A stretch of DNA of 63,745 nt, counting the filler, from Folioceros fuciformis (Eukaryota): NCBI GenBank assembly GCA_049999805.1. It is 20 parts of 20 records of this genome, joined end to end, with 100 filler letters (N's around TTAATTAATTAA, not from the genome) between each part and the next. Parts side by side here need not be neighbours in the genome. Positions count along the whole stretch, not along the records: positions 1 to 7,767 come from JBNGIO010003153.1; positions 7,868 to 14,890 come from JBNGIO010003155.1; 18 more parts are not named here. One strand, 5' to 3'. Of the stretch, positions 1 through 12,045 are shown in pieces. How positions within the stretch are numbered: the stretch's first letter is position 1; each line of letters starts with the position of its first letter. A program made the translations under genes and the position numbers. The notes under the pieces were generated by a model, which was not told the DNA's origin, did no database searches, and saw only the letters and a list, made by a program, of their open reading frames with translations.

Positions 1-862
1 CTTCTTCAATCTACACTCGGGCATTCCAACCAGCATCCCTTGGACCGGTGCAGAAACCAAGTCAGAGCGTGACTTTCTAATTCTTGAAAATTATCGGCGT
101 AACAAAGGCCGTGATAATTTATATTATAGACCTGCTACAATTGGCACTACTCTCCCATGCTGCAATTGTGGACGTCTGTTTAAAAAGGCTCCATGCTCAA
201 ATAAGCCATTTGTTAAGAGGCCAACTTCTGCACCGTCACCATGTACTGAGCCTGCAAGCACATCTGCAATTGATCCTTCACATTCTGAATCAGAGGTACA
301 AGTTCTAGAAGGTACTCTGAATGCCGTTGTTCAGCGACAAGAGACATTCTCTAAACGTTTGGATTGCGCAGATTTTAAAATTCATAAAATTATTTCTCTA
401 TTTTCATTTGAAATTAGTAAAATCTCTAGACAATTACAGATTTTAAACATGATCCTGCGGCCCTTTGATGAGGGGCGATCAGATTGAACTAACATTTGTG
501 ATCTTTTCTAGTGTAGGCATCATTGCATTCAGATGCCTTGTGAATTCTCTGGCCTTTTTGCTTCCGCTGACGTTTCATAGGCAGTTATTAACCGCGTCAC
601 CTGACTCCAATCGTGCCCTAGAAAAGAAGTCAGTAGTTTAAGTTAGACTTTTTCTGCTGAAAGTTCAATCAAACCCTAAACATGCTTTCTCAACCTTAAC
701 TGCCTTTATCAGCCTTATTTTTGTATGTCTACAAGAGACCTGTTGAATTTCCCCTTGTCTCCTTACCTTCGTAGTCAACGTGAGTTGGGTAGTCCTTCCT
801 CTAGCCCACCATCTCTTCTTTCTCCACTTATACCCCCTGCATAGCATCAACAAATAGTCAGT

Positions 863-3800
863 ATGTCTACAGCTCCATCATTTACAACAGATTTGAAAGG
901 CCAAGACAGGTTTAACGGCACCAAGTTCGAAGTATGGAGAGTTCGAATGCAGACTACCTTGCGTGCACGAGGAGTGTGGACTGTTGTTGACGGTAGCTAT
1001 AAGGAGCCTTTGCTCCCTGCTACTGGAACGGCATCTACAAGTGGAGCCCCACAAGTCACACAGGCTGATTTAGACAAATGGAACACAATGAATGAGATTG
1101 CAGTTGCCATTTTGGTTACTGGCCTTGACGAAGTCTTGATTCCAGATGTGGAATATCTTACAAAGGCACACTAGATTTGGAATCAGCTTGTCAACACATA
1201 TGCTGTTAAGACAATGATGACTAAATGTACAGTTCGGCATGAATTTTATACCTTGAAAATGCGCGAAGGGGATAGTGTGGCTGCCCACACTAGCAAGTTT
1301 CAACAACTTCGATCTCGACTTGCTCAACTGAATTCAACTATTTCAGAGGAGGACGCTGTGGCTCACCTTTTGCTCACACTTCCTCCATCATATCAGACTT
1401 TTGTATCCCTACAAAATGGTCCTCTGGCCACTGCTGGTCAGACTACTTGTACTGGTCAGGCTGGCCAATATTCCTTGGAAACTGTGATTGCTGCACTTTA
1501 CCAAGAGGAGCAGAGCCGACTTCGAATTACTTCAAGTGGCTCCAACAAGTTGCGCACTAACAGAGTCCTCTACACTTCACGACAGCGTGGAGGCTTTGGA
1601 AGGGGGAATGGCAGAGGAGGTGGACGACCCGCTCTTTGGCCACAAACCTCCACTCTTGGTACATCTTCTGTAAAGAAACCAGGCAATTGTAATTGGTGCA
1701 ATGTGCCAGGGCATTGGGAGAGAGACTGCCGCAAAAAGAAAGCTGGCGAGCCCCGTCGTCTCAAACCGGAAGTTAATTCAGTAGCTAAGGAAAGACCTCA
1801 ATATGACAATGGCAAAGCAGTGGTGAAGATTCTCACCATCTGTTTGTCTTCCTCATCGAGTGATCCTTGCAGCTGGTTCCTGGATTCTGGTGCGACAACA
1901 CATATCTGTAAAGATAAACAGCTATTTAGCAATTTTAAAGCACTCGCAGATTCCACACAATCTGTCCTGCAGGGAGATGAGCAACGATCAACAAGTTTAC
2001 CTGTTCTGGGCTACGGTACTTGTCAATTTTTTATGACTGATAATTCAGTTCTAAATGTGCTAGGCATTCTGTATGTTCCTGGTATGGCCAAAAATCTTTT
2101 GTCAATAAGGCTTCTAGCAATTCACCATAATCTGGAGTTTCGTTTTCATGGCACCACATGTGAAGTTTTCAGACGTACCTCTAGTGAGCAGTGTATTGGC
2201 CGTGGTGTTCCTGATTCGGAGCTATATCGTTTGGATGCGATTTGTGAGTCTTCCTCTGCAGCACCAATCATCACTTCTACTACTCCAGCGGATCTACCTG
2301 CCAGTGAACAGGCCAAGTTATGGCATGCCCGCCTCGGACATGTAAATAAAAACTCTCTCATCAAGATGTCTACACAAGATTGTTATGTGGAACCTCTACC
2401 TTCCTGCTTCAAACATTAACCTATCTGTGAAGCTTGTCTGTTGGCTAAACAAAAGGAGAAGCCTTTTCCAAAACATGCTTACAGAACTTCAGGGCTGTTA
2501 GATCTTGTGCATGCCGACATCTCTGGTAAACTGCAAGTACAATCTTTAGGAGGAGCCCTATATTATCTTACAATAATAGATGATTTCAAAGACAGTCTGG
2601 CTGCTTACTCAAATGTTTACGTTCAGATAATGGAACTGAATTTTGTAACAATACTTTTGATGCCTTTCTTAAGGATCATGGTGTGCTACGCCAACTTACC
2701 GTTTCTTATACTCCAGAGCAGAATGGGGTTGCAGAGAGAAAGAATCAAACCCTCATGGGGATGACCCGCAGTATGCTTAGCTGGGCATCCCTCCCTGCAG
2801 AGTATTGGGCAGAGGCTCTCACCACAGCTACTTACATTCTTAGCCGCCTCATTACGACTTCACTTCAAGATAAGACACCTTTTGAGATGTTCTGGGGTCG
2901 CAAGCCTAGCATCTTACACCTTCCAGTGTTTGGTTCACCTGCATACGCTTACATTCCACTTGAGAAGCGTCAGAAACTTGACAATAGATCACGAGCTTTG
3001 ATCTTTGTAGGCTATGGGGATGAAGCTAAGGCTTATAAGTTAATTGACCCCTCTGATCTTACCCCTGTCCTTGCACGAAGTGTTGTTTTTAAAGAGCTGT
3101 TGCATTCTGCTTCTCCAAATGTTGGTGTGCATCCTTCCTCCGATTCTGATTCTTCTGATGATGACTTTTCAGTTACGGATGTCTTCGCCACACCTCCTAC
3201 TACCTTCCCTGGAGCAACTGATGTGGTCGAGCCACCTTCTGTAGAGCCACCAGATCCTCCAAACCGTGTTGATCTCCCTGACCCCATCAATGATCATGCA
3301 TCAGCTGAGGGTACTTCAATTCCAGATCAGAATCCTGTTCCCTTGGAGCTTTCCACACATCATACTAATTGAGAGGAGGACTTACCACCTATCGAGGCAG
3401 TACCCCCTTCCCGTTACAATTTGAGAGCACGAATTCCTCAGGCATAGTGGAAGAAACCCCCTTATAAATCTATCGATTTTCGCAACAGTTCTGCTCATAC
3501 AGCAATTCCAGGCAATGTTCCTATACATCTAGACCCTACCTCTATGGATGAAGCTTACTCTGGACCCGATGCCCATCACTGGCAAGCTGCAGTAGAGGAG
3601 GAATATCAATCTATTATTAAGAACAATGCTTGGATACTTACAGACTTGCCCGAAGGGCGTAAACCAGTCAGCTGCAAATGGGTGTTTAAAACCAAGCTAA
3701 ATGCCGATGGTGAAATTGCTCGCTACAAGGCTCGGCTTTGTGCACGTGGATTCAGCCAAGTTGCAGGTCTTGACTACCAAGAAACTTTCTCTCCTGTAGT

Positions 3801-5110
3801 CAGAGCACAAAGTATTAGAATCCTGCTTGCTCTTGCTGCTGAACTTAACCTAGAATTGCACCAAATGGATGTGTGCACGGCATTTTTACATGGTGAAATT
3901 GAAGAGGAGATATATATGGAACAACCTGAAGGATATGTTAACAAACAATGGCCTAACAAGGTCCTGAAACTTCTCAAGGCCCTTTATGGCCTGAAGCAAA
4001 GTGCCATGCTTTGGAATAAACGGTTGGATACTCATCTTAAGAAATTAGGCTTTCTTCAAAGTGCTGCAGACTCTTCAGTGTACTATCTAGCTGATGGATC
4101 TGCATTTTGCATCCTAGCCATTTACGTAGATGACTGCATCTTTGCCTGCACAGATACATCTATATTAGAAACAGTTAAAACACTCCTTAGAAATGAATTC
4201 GAAATGAAGGATGTGGGAGAGTTAAAATTCTGCTTAGGCGTTCAGGTTTTACGTCACAGAGACGCAGGCCTGATCGTTATACATCAAAAGAAGTACCTGA
4301 CTGAGATTTTGAAGCGATATCAGCTTGACCAAGCACGTCCAGTATCCACTCCAGGCTCTGTGGGAGTGAAATTAACTTCTGACCAATGTGCCACTTCTGC
4401 TGATGAGCTTGCAGACATGGAGAAAGTGCCTTACAGGCATGCAGTAGGCTGCCTAATTTTTATATCTAACTGGACTAGGCCTGACATAGCCTATTCTGTT
4501 AGTGATGTCTCATAGTTCATGGAGAAACCCGGTCGAGTACATTGGGCAGCAGTGAAACGTATCTACCGTTACCTTAAGGGTACCATGACCGTTGGACTCT
4601 TTTATCAATCTGGATCACCATCAAGTCTCAAATTATCTGCATATACCGATGCTGATTGGGCTACAGACTCTGAATCTCGGAAGAGTCTTTCTACATACTG
4701 TTTCCTCTTAACTGGTGCTGCAGGTAATTGGTCCTGTAAAAAGCAACAGTCAATTGCATTATCTTCAACCGAAGCCGAATATATTTCACTTACCGATTCT
4801 GCAAAAGAGGCGGAGTGGGAGTGTGCTTATCCGAAGGATCTGCATGTTGAGCAACTCGAACCCACTGTTCTTCACTGTGATAACAGCTCAGCAATTGCCT
4901 TAGTGGCAAATCCACGTTTTCATGCACGGACAAAGCATTTTGAGATTAAACATCACTATTAGGGACACTGTATCAAGAGGAGTGATCAAGCTAACCTATG
5001 TGCCTATAGCTGACAACACAGCAGATATCTTAACAAAGGCACTGCCCAAGTTGAAGCATAGATTTCATATGGAGTCCCTAGGACTCAAGGACTTCAGCCA
5101 CTTACTTTGA
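863..5110 (+). mobile_element. Ty1/copia gag-pol (gag, CCHC knuckle, protease, integrase, RT, RNase H), disrupted
   Basis: Knuckle CNWCNVPGHWERDC, protease WFLDSGATTH, LWHARLGH, YTPEQNGVAER, RT WVFKTK...YKARLCARGF and YVDD, RNase H YTDADW/STEAEY/ADILTK. Domain order is copia-type. In-frame stops at 1172, 2417 and 4513; deletion/frameshift near 2590. Confidence 0.95.
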
Positions 5111-5233
5111 AGGCATGTGAACTGACCTGGAGTGTGTGGAAGGGCAGGGGACCTTAGTTCCCTTCTCTGGAAACTGTTTATAGTTCATGTTTACAGAGTT
5201 ACAGCCATAGCTGTTGGTCCTTCCCTACACTGC

Positions 5234-5836
5234 CTACTTAGGTATATCCTGCGATATACACACATCCTCCTCACTTGCACATGTTACAGTTTTCCCTTTG
5301 GTCACACTCAGTGGATGAAGCCATGTAGAACATTTAATCGTGGGTGTGTCCATCTTACCATAGCCCAGTTGCTCCAGTCTCTCGATCATTGCTGCCAGTT
5401 CGTCCATTGTGAGAGGGATGTCGAAGCCACAGTTGTCCGGTGTTGCTGACAACATCTCTCAGCTCCAGCGCTTTGGTTCGCGCCGTCTCCATCGCTGCCT
5501 GAGTTTCTTCACACTTCTTGGAAGTCCTACGAAGGTGGCGCAACAACTGCAAGTCGGCCCTTCGGAGCTTCATCATTTCTGCCTCAGTTGCTTCCCGTCT
5601 TGCAGATTCAGCCGAAGATTCTGGTGAGTGCGGACGCGCCTTCCCTTTCTTTGTGCTGCTGTCTGCTTCGGCGGTGATGCAACTTTCTTCGACGAGTGCT
5701 TGTGGCGGCATCCATCTTCTCTGATATGTGGGTGTGTGCGCGCCATCCTTCGAGCGATTGTGATAGATACCAAAAGTGATGCTGCTGCAAGTCCGCTTGC
5801 GATCCAGCTTAAAACGACATACACAGCGAGCTCCAT
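5234..5836 (-). pseudogene. Possible antisense accessory ORF of the copia element (hydrophobic N-terminus + coiled-coil), frameshifted
   Basis: Three overlapping minus-strand ORFs (5573-5836, 5355-5711, 5234-5455) between the RNase H end and the putative PPT. Confidence 0.35.
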
Positions 5837-6098
5837 GTGATCTGGCTAGGAATTCAGATCGACCCCACTTGCTTTGGTTGTTGACGCAGTGTTATGTCGC
5901 ACGCGTCGAGATGCCCCGCCAGAGTCTAAGGGAGTCTTCTCCTGATTTTCTCCTTTTAATCTGGCACGCGTTGCTTTGAAGATGTGGTACTGCTATCGCC
6001 TTTCGCTTATACCTTGCGCGTGGAGTGAAGGCCGAGACTTGAAAGTTGATCTCGTTTTTATGAGTCCCGTTCTTAATACAGCCTAGGTTATGTGGGAG

Positions 6099-6262
6099 TA
6101 TGAAAAATATACGTTTTAGTATATATGTTTAACCTAGGCGTATTAGGTTTAGACTATAAATTACACTTTTGTTTATTTCAATAACTGAATCCATTTTATG
6201 ACTTCAAGCTTGCTGGCTCTCACACACACATAATGTCAAGCTGCCTTGAAACTTTTCTAGCA
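6099..6262 (+). repeat. Putative 3' LTR of the copia element
   Basis: GTGGGAG PPT-like tract at 6092-6098, then an AT-rich segment with TATAAAT that ends ...CTAGCA where the opposite-strand copia coding region begins. The 5' TG would have to be mutated to TA, and no partner LTR is available. Confidence 0.35.
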
Positions 6263-6275
6263 TTTCTTATTTTTC

Positions 6276-7619
6276 TTATATCTTCATTCCTTTTTGAGAC
6301 ATATGTCCTAACCGATTATGCCACAAGGAAACACTTGGCTGTTCCGTTACACAAATCACATGATCCTTAACAGTGGTTACCTGAAGTGAGTACAAAGTGC
6401 CACACTTCGTTCCACGAGCTAACACAAGAGAACCTTTGGAGATCTTCCAAGAATGATCTCCAAACCAACAGTGGTAGCCCGCATCATCCAACTGCCTTGC
6501 ATTAATCATGCTCTTTGTCAATTTCGGAACATGCCTAACATCCTTCAGTACGAATGAAGATCCGTTGTCAAACTTCAGCTACACATCACCAATGCTTGCA
6601 ATCTCGCATGCGTAGTTATTTCCAAGCCGAACACATCCTTTCCTAGTAGCATCATAGGTGCTAAACCACTCTCTATGCGGAGTAACATGGAAAGATGCTC
6701 CAGAGTCAATTATCCAATTAGAGAATAAGTGACTCTCTACGGCTGTCAGTTGTGCAGAATCGAAGGAAGACGAGATAAGAACATCTCCATCGTCAACAGA
6801 ATTCACCTCGGCAGGCTTGGTACTTAGACTTGCCTTGTTGTCGCTCTGCTTCTTCTCCTTTCCTTTGTCCTTCTTGAACTTCTCGTAGTCCTTCATGATG
6901 TGACCCTTCTTGTGACAATGGTAACATTCAACATTGTTACGACTACGAGATTTGCTACGGGAAGAACTTCGCTCCTTGTTCTTCCCCTTAGAAGTGGACC
7001 TTCCTCTCACCATGAGGGCATTGGAACCTTTTGAAGGTTCCATATTCTTCCTGTTCACCTCCTCTGTTAACAGGCTACCTTCTACATTTACAACGGTAAG
7101 ACCACTGGCAGGAGCGGAATTACTCAGAGCTGTACGAAACGTGTCCCAACTCTCTGGTAATGTGACCAATAGAAACATAGCTCTCACGGGATCTGGGAAC
7201 GAGATACCTTGCGATGAGAGCTGGCTGAAAATGGTATTGAACTCGTTCAGATGATCGGACATCCTTGTCCCTTCCTTCATCTTCAAGTTCACTAGCTGTT
7301 TCAACCAGTACACCTGAGAAGCCGCACTTTGCTTCTCGTACAGGTCATACAACTTCTGCCATAGCTCGTAACTTGTGGTCTTGTCTTTCACGTTGAAGTA
7401 GACCGACTTCGACAATGTTAGCATGATCGTAGACCTAGCAAGCTCATCTAGGTCTTGCCACTCATCCTGAGTCATGCTAACAGGTTTCACTCCTAGCAAC
7501 TTTATCAGCTTGATTTGCTTCTTCTGCACTAGAACATTATACACTTGTTCTTTCCAGAACGGGAAGTTAGTACCATATAACTTCTTGATATTGAACATGA
7601 CGTTTTCTGAGGATGCCAT
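6276..7619 (-). mobile_element. Ty1/copia (Tork/Tnt1-like) gag-protease-GAG-pre-integrase fragment
   Basis: LLVTLPESW-type gag motif, knuckle CYHCHKKGH, WIIDSGASFH, LWHNRLGHMSQKGM. In-frame TAG at 6579; truncated near 6276. Confidence 0.92.
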
Positions 7620-7767
7620 GTTTCAAAATCGATGCAAATCAAGCAAAACCCTAGTTAGAAACTGTCGAAATGTAATGTAGATTTTGTTACCCTTGTTCCG
7701 ATTCTTCTGTCCACAATTTAGGATGACACGTCAAACCTAAATCCTCCGTTGAGATCAGATTCCACCT

Positions 7768-7867
7768 NNNNNNNNNNNNNNNNNNNNNNNNNNNNNNNNN
7801 NNNNNNNNNNNTTAATTAATTAANNNNNNNNNNNNNNNNNNNNNNNNNNNNNNNNNNNNNNNNNNNN
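7768..7867. other. Artificial contig linker (first of 19)
   Basis: 44 N + TTAATTAATTAA (stops in all six frames) + 44 N. The same 100-bp linker starts at 14891, 19460, 21409, 27686, 29318, 33239, 34890, 37322, 38966, 42341, 43975, 45133, 48800, 50894, 52147, 57797, 59528 and 62419. Confidence 0.98.
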
Positions 7868-9118
7868 CTGGACGAGTGGTTCCTCCCTTGCCTCTGGTGG
7901 TTTAGGAGTGTTGTTACGTTCTCTCCTCCTTCTCTTCTCTTCCTTCTTCATCCTCTCCCGATAACGACGTTCAGAATGAGTGGTGACCCTTGCCACCATG
8001 ACTTCTTCACCATCGCTAGCTTCGCCTGAATATCCCTCCTCCACAATGCCAGAAAATGCTTGAGAGTCAATCAAAGGCTCCTCCTCGGCCTCCACCGACA
8101 ACACAGGTGCGCTTGTCACCGGAGCTGCTGTCTCCACCGCACGAGGAAGTCCCTCTTGCGGTGCGTCCATGATCCTCACTCCAGATCTAGGCAGCGCAGG
8201 CCTAGGGATGCCCGAACACCTTGGATCCCCAGCCCTGTGCCCTGGATCCTTACACACCTGACAAAACGGCACAAATCCAAGTTGCCTACGTGGCTCTGTG
8301 CACTCGTTAGCATAGTGTCCCGGCAAGCCACAATTAAAACAACAACCTGCTGCCACCACTTGTGGACGCTGGGACGGATCTGGCCTCCAATGGCTTGGAG
8401 ATACCGGACGAGGAACATACCTCATTCCAGGTGGTCCTGGTGGTTGGAAAGATGGCCGAATGGACTGTGGTGGTCGAGGAGCAGTCTCAGCCTGTACCCG
8501 ATAGGAGTCATCCACGTACCAATAGTCTCTTGGTAGGTAGGTGTCCACTTGGTTGACGGCGTGGCGGGGAGCCCTAGTGCACTCTTGGTGGGTGTGTCTT
8601 GATTGGTGACAGATAGAACAGTACACCAGCTGCCGACCCGGTGAAGGTGACCTCCTTGGTGCTTGGTTGCGTACTGCCTTCACCTCCAGCTCGGCCAGCC
8701 TCCTCGTCAATGCCTCAACCTGACTGGTCAGTCCTCCACCACTTGAGGACGGTTCGCCTCTCTCCATCCTATAGGATCCTTTGCCTCTCTTGTCCTTCTC
8801 AGCTCGACGATCCTCATCCTCTTCGCGCCTCTTGCGTGCTTTCTCCAGATCCTTCCTCATCCTCTTCTCATAAGCCTTATCGGACTCCTCATCGGTGTAA
8901 GGATCCGACACAAGGCTGTCATAATCCGAATCAGAGTGAGACGGTGACCTCGACCTTGAAGAGGAAGATGGGCTGTGATGCCTTGACCTCCTATGATGCC
9001 CATACTTCCGGTTCTGCTTCCTCTTCTCTCTGCTCAACTCCGAAAGCTCAAAATCTTCAGCAGCCTTCAAAGCCTCCTGCAAAGTGGTCACACCTCTTGT
9101 GTAGTAGGTTGCCATCCT
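7868..9118 (-). mobile_element. Ty3/gypsy gag C-terminal part with three zinc knuckles
   Basis: CSICHQSRHTHQEC, CFNCGLPGHYANEC, CQVCKDPGHRAGDPRC. Homologous to 26189-27685, which is followed by a gypsy-type protease. Confidence 0.8.
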
Positions 9119-9485
9119 ATAGTAAACCCTAAACCCTACATGACAAAACCTTGTAATATGGCAGGTATCACATAATTCACGTGTTATCGGATTCCATGTA
9201 AAGTCGTAAGCGTTTGAGCTATACCTCATATCAGGTGACCCTATTCCTCAAACTTATCACCTATCGATATCTATTTGCATTTTTCAGAAATGGTGGCGAA
9301 ATAGAACACCAGTGAACCAGCGCGGAACAAGCGGGAGTGCGCCGGTAGACCAGCGCACTCTTTAGTAAAGTGCGCCAGTTGACCAGCACACACTGCCAAA
9401 GGCACATGTATGTCAAGTGGAAAATGAAACTTGCATGGCGCTACATACAAAAATTATCATACCAGTTTGTACTTAACACTTTTAT

Positions 9486-10214
9486 TTAAATGTCTAACAA
9501 GTTTTCATTATTTTCAGGCGATAGTGTATCCTGGTCGCGATTGAGGACGTATTGGTTTCTGCGAATGAGAGTCCTCGTTCGGGAGGGAAGCTGTTTTTGG
9601 CATGTCAAGTCAAATCCATATGCTAGAATAAAAGTGTCTTCAATGAATAATGTATCTATATGCTTCCAAAGTCTTCTGCTTGACCTGCGTTTGCGACCGC
9701 CACGTAACCCTCTTGGTGGAGCTTCATGTGGTAAAATCATCTCTTCTTTGTAACAACCCTCAAAAGCATCTGAACATTTGGTTACGCACCAGTGCACTTT
9801 GACATATGGTTTTTCACATGTAATATTGGCCTCTAAGACTTTGGCAATCTAAAATGGCCTATTGTCTTCGTCAGTCTTGCAAGGGACTGCAATCATATGC
9901 CCTTTTTCTATTTTGGTTATATCCCCGTTCAAACTTTCGCGGTTGTCATTGAGGTCCGTCTCCCTATGATATGCCCCCACATACATGTTTCTTCTGGGAA
10001 TCTCGCGGATGCATGGGTTGTGAACAACGATTTTTTCTGGTACAGTTATAGGTGCATTCAATAATTTTGCCGCCTCCCGATTATACCACCGCCAAGGAGA
10101 ATCAAGGTCTTTGTCTACACCGGAGCATATAGAATGCACAATAGCCTCTTGCTCTGCCCACCACAAGTTCTCACTTGGTCCTAAGTGTTGACGTAATCGC
10201 ATCTCCTGCGCCCC
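9486..10214 (-). pseudogene. Uncharacterised protein C-terminus (RPF[W]IAKV...VHW motif), interrupted by LTR insertion
   Basis: ORFs 9849-10202 and 9486-9797 are in the same frame, separated by a single TAG at a likely Trp position. The frame is cut at 10214/10215 by the LTR end. Confidence 0.5.
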
Positions 10215-11188
10215 TGTAGCGCAACATGTTCCTCTCTCCGATTTACACTCCTCAACTCAACTCTTAACTCACTCACAGCTCACACACAATCGCACCATAC
10301 TTTTAGAAACACAGCCACTTCCTTCCCCTGTCGCCACCCTCGCGACCCGCGATTACGCATAGCTCTCACAACAGCGATCACTCGAAACCGCCCCTCACTT
10401 CACACGATCGACACACTTACTTACATACTCTCATTTCTTAGTCCACTGGCAACTCTCGTCACCTTTCTCCGACAGGCCCCTCGAGGGCCTTCTCTTCTCT
10501 CTGAAGTTTGGAGGAATGACGGGTCACCGGAGGCTAAGGGAACGGGTTTCCACTTCCACTCCAAACTCGAGGATTCGGCCTCCGACACTCTCACCACTCC
10601 ACATGATCGTCTCAAGGATAGCTGGGGAGCTCGTCTCCCACTCGGTGGGGTCTCTCCCCCCTATTCGTCCTCGGAGCCCGGTCACGGAGCATCCACCACC
10701 TGCACCCACACCCTTAGAACACTACGTGCGCTTGCTTGCCTGGACCTCCCGTCCAGCAACGGCCATCGCTAGGGTTCCACAAGGTTGGACTGTTGGGCTG
10801 GTTTTTGCTGTTTTTTCCGAGGCCCCAAACTGGCCTCTTATACACGGTAGTGGCGGTCCTTCCGCCATAAAGTCTGTCAGGGGTCGGTCAACGCTCTTAA
10901 ATTCTGAGCGACTTAGGTCCAAGCAAAACCAATCTAAAAAAAACTAGTTTAGACTGCAATTACTATCGCCTCTCTCTTTGTCGTTGGCACCTCCTTTCTG
11001 GCCGTCATGCTCCTTTCCCCACTGGTTTGCCTTTGGCCCTCCTACCCCACCGCTGGTCAGGTAGGTCCTCCCACAAGACCTCCACCTCACTGTTGCTGCT
11101 GCTGGTCCTTATTGGCGGCGGAGTAGGTGGGTCCCGTCGTAGGGAAGCCCTCTCCTCCCCCCGTCGCCGATTGCTGAGGATGAGAACG

Positions 11189-11422
11189 TGTTGGATAATA
11201 TGTGCTAATTAATAATTGCGGCTAGTTATTATAGTTTAAAATAATTTAACTTACCCGTTCGCTAGGGTTACACCGCTTAGCAAAGGGGTGTACCGTTTCG
11301 TAAGTAGCTGTAGTTTAAGTTGGGCTTATTTATGAAGAATACATACACATGACAAGCATGAATGTAATGTAATATAGCCAATTAATGTAAATATGTTTAT
11401 GCATATTTTCTTTAATATGAAA
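11189..11422 (+). mobile_element. 234-bp AT-rich solo-LTR-like insertion with 5-bp TSD GAACG
   Basis: GAACG at 11184-11188 and 11423-11427; starts TGTTGG. Absent from the homologous site in copy 2 (~52588-52611). Confidence 0.8.
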
Positions 11423-11895
11423 GAACGGGCTCCCGCTCAACCCACTGTTGCGCCCTTCTCCTCCGTCAATTCCTCTAGGACTGCCTCGGAATAGCAATGA
11501 GGTAGTCCCCATACCCGCCAGCGGTAGTAGTAGATGCCCCTGCGGGTCCTCAGTTGCAGGCTGTAGTCCCACGTCCCTCCTGTGCCCATGCGTACATACA
11601 AAAACAACTTCAGAACTCGAGCTCCTTCCACATAGAGGCCTGGCACATAGGAGGCGTCCTCCTCATACTACAGCATAACCTGACCCTCTGTCATAAAGGA
11701 GGTGCTTACCCCTTCCTCCCTTGGGCTACCTCGGGATGCTTGTCCCCTACTCTCCTAGGGTACCTGAGGGTCCTCCATCCCTCCGGCTCAGACCGCATGG
11801 TGCGAGTCGCCCTCTTGGAACGCCTAGGCACAGGCGCCTCCGCCATCCCTCATTCGGCTACCGGGATCGTGGCTTCGACTATCTCGGGTAACACA

Positions 11896-12045
11896 AGACT
11901 ACCGGTAGCCCCTTCGACTACCGGTGTGGCCATTCGACTACTGGTAGCCCTGTCGGCTACCGGCACTATTGCTCGGCTACCGGTAGCCCCGTCGGCTATC
12001 GGTACTGGGACTCGACTACCGGTAGCTCCTTCGGCTACCGGCGTC
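11896..12045 (-). repeat. 39-bp (13-aa, PVxEGATGSxxxx) coding tandem repeat, ~4 units
   Basis: Recurrent CTACCGGTAG core; related repeats at ~53065-53185 and ~61180-61290. Confidence 0.75.

Noticed and set aside
4513-4515. TAG read-through, U-to-C editing or an alternative genetic code
   Set aside because: The same elements carry frameshifts and deletions, and the stops differ between copies. Methylation-driven decay explains them.
7812-7823. Recurrent TTAATTAATTAA motif
   Set aside because: Always centred in N runs; it is an artificial linker.
10835-10845. CTCTTATACAC as Tn5/adapter contamination
   Set aside because: Occurs at the homologous position of LTR copy 2 (~52251), so it is genuine element sequence.
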